A DNA stretch of 64,000 nucleotides, taken from NCBI GenBank assembly GCA_000004985.1, contig GG738859.1. One strand, written 5' to 3'. This DNA is from Naegleria gruberi (Eukaryota). Positions 21,314 to 30,101 of the stretch are shown piece by piece. The stretch's first letter is position 1. The number at the start of each line of letters is the position of its first letter. Made by a program: the position numbers and the translations under genes. The notes below the pieces were generated by a model. That model saw nothing but the letters and a program-made list of their open reading frames with translations, had not been told where the DNA came from and searched no databases.

Positions 21314-21976
21314 TTATTTCTTCTTTTTCTTATCGACATACATATCTTTGAAATCATCAATGTGTGCAGTAATGTCAATTTGCTTTCCCTGTTTCAGCAT
21401 TTCACACAGAATTCTAGCAATATTTTTACAATCATCAATACCACTATGATGTTTGCCAATTAATTCCAATTTCATATGGTTTAGCATATCAGTCATTCCA
21501 TGGACATGTTTCGAATAAATTTCAGTATACTTTTTCTTAATATTGACCCAACTTGAAAAGTATGAAGGAACCTTGATATTTTCCTTTCTACATTGTTTAG
21601 TGATCATGGTTTTTAAATCCCAATCACCACACGTTACAAATGCAAAGGTCAAATTTTTAGAAATGAAATTATCCATCATCCATTGATTGTGAAATTTCAA
21701 TACATCTTCAAATTCAACTCCATTATCAATCCAATCTTGTTGAATACCAGTCAATTCTTTACAAAAATCAGTCAAAATTGGATTAGCCTTTGGTTTAACA
21801 TAATAATGAAATTCATGATCAATTTTTACAGTTTTAGCATTGATGGCCACAGTTGGAAATTCAATAATTTCATTCCTAAAGTTTTTAATCTTATCATCAC
21901 AAGAGGCTTCAAAATCTAACACGAGAAAGTAATCAAATTTTTGCTCTGTTGTATTATTATTATCGGAGGAAGACAT
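21314..21976 (-). CDS. ERI1: ERI1-like 3'-5' exoribonuclease (DEDDh/DnaQ family)
   Basis: This is a 220-aa ORF. Motif I is FLVLDFEASC, the central block is …FVTCGDWDL…, and the motif-III histidine is in HSGIDDCKNIARIL. All three are diagnostic of ERI-1/3'hExo-type DEDDh nucleases. Confidence 0.8.
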   Translation of the reverse strand: MSSSDNNNTTEQKFDYFLVLDFEASCDDKIKNFRNEIIEFPTVAINAKTVKIDHEFHYYVKPKANPILTDFCKELTGIQQDWIDNGVEFEDVLKFHNQWMMDNFISKNLTFAFVTCGDWDLKTMITKQCRKENIKVPSYFSSWVNIKKKYTEIYSKHVHGMTDMLNHMKLELIGKHHSGIDDCKNIARILCEMLKQGKQIDITAHIDDFKDMYVDKKKKK

Positions 21977-22250
21977 TTTCCACTAGTGGGCGATGAAACT
22001 TTATAATTTAATATTTTTTTTTGATTTTGAAAATAGTTCCTGCTTCAGGTTCACTTCCGAAGCATTAAATTATTAATAGATTCAAACGTGAACTTGAAGC
22101 AGATTACAAAAATAATATTGTAATTGTCATTTACAATATTTTCAAAATTTTATTCTTCAATAAAACAATGACTTGTCAAAGTTTCCTTCCTATGGATCAA
22201 TCCTCATCAAGAATTAAATAATATTTAAATAATAATAATAATTAAAAAAA

Positions 22251-23945
22251 ATGCGAATTGTTATTGGCTTTGAAATTGGCGTTTTAAGGCCATTGCTTGA
22301 AGTACCCGAGTTGATGGGGTGTGTTTTTGAATATTTGGATTGTTCATCACTGATTACTCTTACAATGACAAGTAAACAATTTTTCGGTTTGCATGAACCA
22401 ATTCAAACTGCAACAATAAGCAACACTTCCTCCGAAGATGAAAAACAAGACGAAAATTCATCATCAATTAATAATAATGATGTTAGCTTATTATTAGATG
22501 TAAATTTGTGGAGATATTTGTTACATTTCTATGAAAAATCTAATGAGAAATTAACTAAATATCAATACGTTTATAATTTTAAGGAATCAATTTGGGGTGC
22601 GAGAGAACGTTCATTTACTAAATACTGTAAAAGTACTTGGTATGAAGTTAATCAATCAAGAAAGGAAATGGATTTAATATTCAAAGAAGATTTATTGGAA
22701 AAGCATAAAATTATTAAGGAAATTATTGAGAAACTCAAGAAATTGTATCCAATATTTAAATTAGCATCAACTCAGATGAATTATATTTTTGATATTGATA
22801 GAAATGGAAGAGCTGCTTGTAGATATAAGCATTGCAAGAGTCATCAATCACTCTCTCAAAATAATGTAAGAGGTAAAACTGTTGAAATTGGTTGCACTAG
22901 TTGGGACGGAGTTTATCACGTTGAGTGTTTTATAGAGTTATTGCACGATAAACATGTGAATGTTGGAGGCATTCAATTTGATTGTGCTATTAATACTAAA
23001 GAGCTGAGAAAAATTTTGTGGAATGCAAAGAATTCAAGATATCGTGTCTATACGTGCGATTCTTGTAATAATATACTCAACCATAAAGTAATATATGGTA
23101 TCAATAATTCAACGACGAAACAAGTAACCTCTCATTACTGCCAAACATGTCTCCCTCAAACCAATTCAAAAAGTATATTCAAATTTGAAAACCAGGTCCT
23201 TCTCAATTGCTCCATTTGCAAGAATAGAGTACAAGACGTACTATTTTGTTGCAAGTGTTGTGAAAATACTTTCATTTGTGGATCGTGTATCTCAAATTTT
23301 ATGTGGGGAAAACACAAACTACACCAGTTTCAAACTGTTGGAAGGTCTACAGAGAAGTATTTAGAGTATTTTGAGTATCTCAAAGAAAGAGAAGAGTCTC
23401 CAGATGAATTAGCTACAACAGAAGTAATTGAAAAAGTTGTTAAGGATTATCAAGATCTAAAATTCCCAAAACCAGAGAAAATTAAAAACCCAATTAAGCC
23501 AAAGAAAAAGAAGCAAAAGACTACACGTAAAAACTCTAAAAAAGAAAGTGAACCATCATCTTCCACTTGTTCAGAAATGGCATCAGTAGAGATTCAAAAT
23601 GAATCAAAATGTGCAGATGAATGCGTAACGCAAGATGATGTGAAAGAAATTTCAAAGAAAGATGAAATTCCACCGGTTATTATCGATCTCTCCAGTCAAT
23701 CTTCCACCAAAGAAGAAACAGTTGACTCTGATTCAATGAGTGATCAGGATGATGATGTCTACCAAGTTGAAAAACTGTTACAATGCAAAACTATTCGTAA
23801 GAAGAAATATTATCTAATCAAATGGAAGGGATATCCAGAGAGTGACAATTCCTGGGAGCCAACAGAAAATATTTCCTCAGACCTTATTGAATCTTTCAAC
23901 AAGGAAAAATCTACCAAAACAAATTCCTCCAAAAGAAAACGATAA
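22251..23945 (+). CDS. F-box-like / cysteine-rich zinc-finger / C-terminal chromodomain protein
   Basis: This is a 564-aa ORF. The N-terminus (VPELMGCVFEYLDCSSLITLTMTSKQF) resembles an F-box. The middle has about 30 Cys/His arranged in CxxC/CxxH pairs. The C-terminus is a canonical chromodomain, VYQVEKLLQCKTIRKKKYYLIKWKGYPESDNSWEPTENI. Its stop is 12 bp from the stop of the convergent ABC gene. Confidence 0.65.
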   Translation: MRIVIGFEIGVLRPLLEVPELMGCVFEYLDCSSLITLTMTSKQFFGLHEPIQTATISNTSSEDEKQDENSSSINNNDVSLLLDVNLWRYLLHFYEKSNEKLTKYQYVYNFKESIWGARERSFTKYCKSTWYEVNQSRKEMDLIFKEDLLEKHKIIKEIIEKLKKLYPIFKLASTQMNYIFDIDRNGRAACRYKHCKSHQSLSQNNVRGKTVEIGCTSWDGVYHVECFIELLHDKHVNVGGIQFDCAINTKELRKILWNAKNSRYRVYTCDSCNNILNHKVIYGINNSTTKQVTSHYCQTCLPQTNSKSIFKFENQVLLNCSICKNRVQDVLFCCKCCENTFICGSCISNFMWGKHKLHQFQTVGRSTEKYLEYFEYLKEREESPDELATTEVIEKVVKDYQDLKFPKPEKIKNPIKPKKKKQKTTRKNSKKESEPSSSTCSEMASVEIQNESKCADECVTQDDVKEISKKDEIPPVIIDLSSQSSTKEETVDSDSMSDQDDDVYQVEKLLQCKTIRKKKYYLIKWKGYPESDNSWEPTENISSDLIESFNKEKSTKTNSSKRKR

Positions 23946-23957
23946 TTTACAAATAAT

Positions 23958-26149
23958 TTATTGAAGAACATCCAACGTTACCTCCAAATCCTGTTCATGA
24001 GAGAAGAGCATTTGTTTTTGAGCAAGATTCATGTAAATTCCATTTGGAATTTTCATCAACTCTTCGTGTGTTCCCGTCTCTTTCAAAACTCCCTTTGCCA
24101 ACACACAAATCTTATCAGAATTTCTAACAGTGGATAATCTGTGAGCAATGCAAATGGTTGTTCTTCCCTTCATTAACAAATCCAAAGCAGCTTGAACGAG
24201 AGCTTCAGATTCAGTATCCAATGCAGAGGTAGCTTCATCCAATAAAAGAATCTTTGGATTTTGTAATAAGGCACGAGCAATACAGACACGTTGCTTTTGA
24301 CCACCTGAGAGTGAAACACCACGTTCACCCAATAATGTATTGTACCCTTCTGGAAGATCCATGATGAAACTGTGACAGTTGGCTGATTTGGCAGCTTCAA
24401 TAACTTGTTCCATTGATGTGTTTTCTTCACCAATTGCATATGCAATATTCTTGTAAATAGTAGTTGCAAACACTGTAAAATGTTAATTTCCTTAAATTCC
24501 AATATTATGAAACAACTTACAAATAGGTTCTATATGAAAATATTAGAAACAATTCGAAACAAAATTAGCAACACTTACCTTGTGTAACAATTCCAAGATT
24601 TCTATGTAACCACATTGGATCCAATTCAGCCAAATCAACTCCATCCAAGTAGACTTTACCACTTGCTGGTTCATAAAATCTTTCCAACAAACCTACAATG
24701 GTTGATTTACCAGAACCTGATGGACCAACCAAAGCAGCAGCTTCACCTGCCTTAATATCCAAACTGAAATTCTTCAATACAGTCACATTTGGACGTGATG
24801 GATAAATAAAATCAACATTTGCAAAGGTTACGTTTCCAATAATTTTTTCAAGTGTTTTACCTCCTTGGAATGGAATGGCTGCCTTTCTCTTTAAGATTTT
24901 CAAAACTGTCTTTTGAGAAACCATAGCTTTAGTATAATCTGGGAAGAAACCACCAGTTCCTGAAATACCCATAATGGCAAAGAGTGAGAGACCAAAGATT
25001 TTCATCATACTTCCAATATTCATCTTTGATTCAACAACTAAACCTCCACCAAACTATGTTACATTATTAGAAACTCAATAAGAAATTACTAATAACTACT
25101 TACCCAGAAAGCTAAAGCAGCAGTTCCCCACAAAATAGCTGTCAATAATCCAAACGTAGCTCCCAAAGAAAATGACTTTCCAATACCAGCCAAATACATC
25201 TTTCTAACATCTCTCTTATATCTTGATCTTTCCTTTTCTTCACCAGCCATTGATCTAACTGTTCTCATACATGATGTTACCTCAGTAGCAATTGCAGCAC
25301 TGTGATCATTGGCTTTGTTAATCTTCAAAGTGAGCTTTCTAATAATTCCTCCAAGAACAACAACACCCAATACCATGAGAGGAGTGGTAGAAATCATAAC
25401 AAGAGCCATTTCCCATCCAGTTGTCAAAGCCAAAACAACACCAACAATGAATTGTGTCATGTTTTGGAAGAGAGTTGCCAATTTGACTGTGTAAATTTCC
25501 TGAATTCTACTAATATCCTCAGATAGAGTAATGGTAAGACTTCCAACCTTCTTAATATCAAAGAAACCCATTTCTTGAGTGGTGAGTGAATCAAAATAGG
25601 CACCTCTCAAAGCTACACCAATTCTTTCACTTGCCCAATTCAAGAAGAATTGAGACATGAAATTGGCAATGGCAGAACCTGCAGCAATAATGGCAAATTG
25701 ACCTGCATAGGTTGAAATGAGAGATTTTTGCTCAGCGACAGTAATTGCAGTACCATCAGCTTTTGTTGGTGAAAAGACATTAACTAAATCACCCATAACA
25801 AATTGGAAACTGAATTAACATGAGTATAATAATAATGGACATTTTGAACAGTAAATTAACACATGCGTTCTGAATAAACTTACCTGATTGGAATAACACC
25901 ACTTCCCATAGCTCCAATTGTTCCCAATAGAATAATAATCCAATTAATACCAATAATCTTATAAATTGTGAATGCATCATGGAATTTCAAATCTGGTTCT
26001 CTAACATCATGAATTTGCTCATCTCCACCACTTTGAGCTTGTTGTTTCTGTTGGTCAGCATCCTTCTTCTTGAATGGATTTCTTGATTTTCTTTGAGTTT
26101 GATCAGCTTGATTAGATGAAATCTCAACCTCAATTTTATCTTGGGTCAT
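23958..26149 (-). CDS. ABCB: ABC transporter, ABCB-type half transporter (TMD-NBD), about 653 aa
   Basis: There are four exons: 26149..25884, 25809..25104, 25053..24579 and 24472..23958. The introns are 25810..25883 (74 nt), 25054..25103 (50 nt) and 24473..24578 (106 nt), all GTAAGT…YAG with consistent phases. The NBD has Walker [10 protein letters not shown], the Q-loop IVTQ|VFATT, the signature [15 protein letters not shown], Walker [13 protein letters not shown] and the H-loop CIAHRLST. A six-helix TMD lies upstream. Confidence 0.85.
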
Positions 26150-26229
26150 GTGTTTGATTCTGTTTTTTCTTGAAAATTGTATTGAGACAACAACATCTAT
26201 TGAATCTTGTGCTTAAAAAGATCAAGAAG

Positions 26230-26420
26230 AACGGCCAATTAAACAACGACTATTGCGAGAGTTCTTAGGACGCCAACAGCGAGAGCTATTGTAGCCCTGT
26301 TCATTTCATCTTGTAATTAGTTGAAACATGGTAGCAGATACGACTCGATTCCAATTACGTGCGGTATAGTGGAGGACTAGTGAGGGGTAAGACTAGTGCT
26401 GTCATGATGATAGAATGTAA
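26230..26420. other. GC-richer island of about 190 bp (roughly 45% GC against under 25% around it) upstream of the ABC gene; possible core promoter, 5' UTR element or small ncRNA
   Basis: The compositional break is visible directly. The island contains two GACTAGTG direct repeats 14 nt apart, the palindromes ACTAGT and TCCTAG, and an ATGATGA motif. I find no match to U1/U2/U4/U5/U6, 5S or SRP RNA consensus. Confidence 0.3.
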
Positions 26421-26591
26421 CCTTAAAGTAGTCCTAGATGTTGTTTGTTGAATGACTTTTTTAATTAAATAAAAAAATTTACAACGCAATATTTGTGCAT
26501 TTCTATTCTTTGTTCAAATTTCATGCTCTATGAAAATAAGCTTATTCGTAAAATGTTCTGTAAATAGAACACAATTTAAAATTAAAATAAA

Positions 26592-26885
26592 ATGAGAGTA
26601 TTTAAAGTTGATAGTCCATATGATGCTGATTTGAAAATTCTTCGTGTGATCAGTGATTATGATGCCGATTGTGCTGTAAAATGGGTTGATAGTATTTATG
26701 ATGATACAACCGAATTGTTGTGGTATCATGTTGGATCCCGTTTTGATGATGCTATTAAAATTTTTTATGTCGATAGTGCCTACGATTGTGATATTAAGAT
26801 CAAATTTGTTGATTCACTGTATGATGCTAGATGGTTTACCGAAGATAAGAAGAACCTTTTGAAGAATAATGCACCAACTTATTAA
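26592..26885 (+). CDS. Small 97-aa protein built from six tandem 13-residue repeats, consensus VDSxYDxDxKIxF; no recognisable family
   Basis: The sequence is MRVFK-VDSPYDADLKILR-VISDYDADCAVKW-VDSIYDDTTELLW-YHVGSRFDDAIKIFY-VDSAYDCDIKIKF-VDSLYDARWF-TEDKK…. The DNA repeats are about 39 nt long and have diverged at synonymous and codon-family level while the peptide motif is kept; for example Ser is encoded by both AGT and TCA and Tyr by both TAT and TAC. That pattern argues for selection on the protein. The ATG sits in an A-rich context. Confidence 0.45.
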   Translation: MRVFKVDSPYDADLKILRVISDYDADCAVKWVDSIYDDTTELLWYHVGSRFDDAIKIFYVDSAYDCDIKIKFVDSLYDARWFTEDKKNLLKNNAPTY

Positions 26886-26912
26886 ATAATTTTGTATTTT
26901 ACTCTCTTAGAT

Positions 26913-29090
26913 TTATTCTTTCAATTTGCCCTGTTTGAATTCAAGCAAAATATCCTTGACAGTAATGACACCATCCTTGTCGGCATCAATTCTGTCAATA
27001 ATTTCCTTTATCAATTCTTCTGATGGTTTTTCTTTCAAAACACTGAGAGCTTGTTTAAGTTCTTCAACTGTAATAACACCATCCTTATCCTTATCCAAAA
27101 GATTAAGAGAATCAGCAATAGATTGATCAACATAATCAATATCCTTTTCAATCTTTTCAATCAATTTACCAACTCTGTTACTAAGTCTACTAATCTTGAC
27201 AACAGGATCTTGTCCTTTAGTTTGGTCAACAATATCAATATGATCACTGATTAAATCTTCCAATTCTTCTCTTTCAGGTTCCACTGAACTTCTTGAAGCC
27301 AAAGTAGCAAGAATTTCATTAAGAATTCTAATCTTTTCTTCCTTAGCTTTCTTAACTTCTTCCTTTTCAAATTCAGGATCAAGAGCAACTTTTGGTGCTT
27401 CTGGAGCAGTTTCAACTGGAGTTTGTTTAGATTCAGTTGTTGTTGATGGAGTAGCTGGAGTTGAGCTTGTTAATTCTTCCTTCAAGACGAATTTCTTCTT
27501 TTCCTCTTCTTCAGTCTTAATTAACTTTTCGGTACGTTTCAGTGAAGCAAGTTTCTTTTCATAATCTTGAGTTGGAGAAGTTTGCATACCGACTTCATCG
27601 ACAACTTCATCTGAAAGAGAACCAAGAGCCATCTTGATAGCTTCCTCACTTTGTACCTTATCATTGAAAACAAAAGCACGAGATATAATAAGTAATGATG
27701 ATGGAATATTCTTATCAAATGATAATTCAATCCATTCTCTCAATTGTTTTTGAAGTTCCTTCTTTGATACTCCAATTTTCATACCTCTTTCCTTACAGGC
27801 ATACATAAGCTCTTCATTTGAAAGAGAGTTAACACCTTCCCAATAAATTAAACGATCATCAGCCTTCAATCTTCTCATCTTTGATCTCAATCTGTATCTA
27901 AGAATTGCATCAGATCCGTATGGCGTAATACCCATATATTTACACATAGCAACAAGTTGTGCTCTTGACATGTGATCCAAAGTAATTTCATCTTTGAAAA
28001 GTTTAGCAAATTTAACAATATCATCATTAGAACAACTTTCACCATTTCTAATCTTTTCAATAAAATTATTCAATTCCTCGGATTGAGCAGCTGTTTCAGT
28101 AGATTCACTGCTTCTCAAATCTTGTACCATCAATTCAACTGTATCTTGTAAGAATTTAGCAAGTTCAACTTTAGCTTTAACTTCTTTCAATAATTTTTCC
28201 TTCTTTTTTAATCCATCTTCAAATTGTGATGGAAGCATATTTGGGAAGAGTTTCAACAGAACTGGTAAAGCAAATTCCAAGAATGGTACAACAACAATAA
28301 TTGCAAAAGGTACGAGACGGAAAATATCTGAAACTGTTCTCAAAAGTTGATTTCTTTCTCTTCTTGATAATGCATTACCTCTCAAAACTTTTGTTGTTAA
28401 AGCAAATGCATATCGTACGTCACTTGCTAATAATTTACTTCCTGCAACATAGTGTTTAATTTCATGAACAGTAACATCCCTAGCTTTAGCATACCAATCC
28501 TTCACAACAGTAGGTCTCATTATAACACTCTTAAGAGCATCAAAAAGAAATACTGTAACTTTCCAAGTAACACCAGGAATAGCTTTAACTATTGAGAGTG
28601 ATTTGTCCTTTGCAATTTGAACAACACTATCGGCATTCATTGGTGTAAGAAGTGATTTTGCTGTTGATGAATTCTTCATTCTTTCCTCGATTTTTTTCTT
28701 TGCTTCAAGTATTCTTTGATTTTGATTATTATCATTATCGGAGGAAGGTGGGACATTATTTAAATTAATAATGTTTGTATGATAAGAAGCTATTTTGTTG
28801 CTCCACAAATTATTATTGTTAAGCAGAGAAGATCCAATATGAGAACTAAATATATTAATTAATAGAAGAAAATCAAATACCTACTTCGATATCGAAGAAA
28901 AGATAGGCTTTGAATTTATCAATCTTGACGAAGAAGAAAAATTTAGTCCAGAATTATTTTTCATCATCATATGACCACTACCAATGGTCATTGATAAGGC
29001 GGTATTGTGGTGATTTAAAACATTCGAACTGTGAGAAAGCAACTTTGATACTGTACAAAGAGCGTGTCGCGAAGTGAGAGTACTCTTCAT
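26913..29090 (-). CDS. LETM1: LETM1-family mitochondrial inner-membrane protein with C-terminal EF-hands
   Basis: Exon 1 is 29090..28885 and encodes a presequence-like MKSTLTSRHALCTVSK…SKPIFSSIS. The intron is 28846..28884, 39 nt, GTAGGT…TTTAG. Exon 2 is 28845..26913. The LETM1 core is …RLKADDRLIYWEGVNSLSNEELMYACKERGMKIGVSKKELQKQLREWIELS…. It has one TM helix and two EF-hand loops, DKDKDGVITVEEL and DADKDGVITVKDI. Confidence 0.8.
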
Positions 29091-29200
29091 TTTTTAAAGC
29101 GATTTTTAAATTTTGATTAACGTTAATGATTTTGCTTTTTGCTGTGTGGCAATCAATTAAAATAAATATTCTGTAAATTGTCTTGTTGGGACTTTTAAAA

Positions 29201-29287
29201 GGTGTGACTTCACAGTTGTTGTGTGCTTGTTTTTCCTTATGCTATTATGGTGTGACTTCACGGTCGTATTGTATGGTTGTTTTTTTG
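29201..29287. repeat. Imperfect tandem duplication of about 43 bp in the LETM1/PAK bidirectional promoter
   Basis: Copy 1 is GGTGTGACTTCACAGTTGTTGTGTGCTTGTTTTTCC. Copy 2 is GGTGTGACTTCACGGTCGTATTGTATGGTTGTTTTTTTG. Each carries TGACTTCA, which is one mismatch from the CRE motif TGACGTCA. Confidence 0.4.
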
Positions 29288-30101
29288 TTTCGTGAGTATT
29301 GTTTTCTGAAATCAAGCGAAAAGAATCAATATTCGTGGTGTTTTTATTGATTGAATTCAATCATCTCACCAAACGCTGATTTAAGAGGTGTGTATTCTAT
29401 CAAAATCTTGTCCTTATTGCTATAGATTTGTGGCTGAGTTAAACTAATCAATAAGAAATTGGAAAGAATATTCCATTCAATCACCTTAGAGATTTGATAT
29501 CAATTTGATTCAATTCACATTGTTTTCAATTCTGAATCATAATAATAATCATAATAATATCTACAAGCTAATAATATGGGACAATAATGCACAGTTAAGA
29601 GAGAGATGCTCACCTTATTCGATAACACATAGAGAGGCACAGAATAATTTGGAAGTCTTTATCCCCAAATTTTATTTCTTCCACCTCACTAGTTGACATT
29701 TGAATACAAAACACGTCAACTGTCTTAGAATGTGACGAGTAAAGCATAAGGGATGAGCAATACTCTTTCGCTGTCTCCCACGATACTCATCTGTGAACTC
29801 TAGAGCCGTTGTGATCCTTTTTCTCAACAACACAACTTGGAAAAAATAGCTTTGCGTTCATCTAACTGCTGCTGATTGTTGTTTGTGCTACTCTACTCTT
29901 CAAGGGAATATAACAACAAGCGAGGTTTTTTTAAATTGAATAACGCAATAATAATATATACTTCATCACACACAACACACTAATAATTTGGAGACAATTG
30001 TCATTCATATTTTGTAGTAGTAGTTTTTAAAAACAAAATTAACTAGTAGTTTAATTCCTACTTGCTTGTATAATTTATATATCATCACCATACATATAAG
30101 A

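Noticed and set aside
23958-26149. Prokaryotic reading of the region, treating the ABC ATPase, lipase and GatB as bacterial operon genes or contamination
   Set aside because: All carry canonical GT…AG spliceosomal introns with consistent phases. Eukaryote-specific genes such as SART1, PAK, B55 and CLEC16A are interleaved with them. The tRNA has a eukaryotic-type intron.
26395-26455. Box C/D snoRNA call for the GTCATGATGATAGA…TTGAATGAC segment
   Set aside because: A C-box-like ATGATGA is present. There is no CUGA D box, since only TTGA is found. The only terminal pairing, GTCAT with ATGAC, overlaps the C box itself. That is not enough for a snoRNA call, so I kept it only as part of the unexplained GC-rich island.
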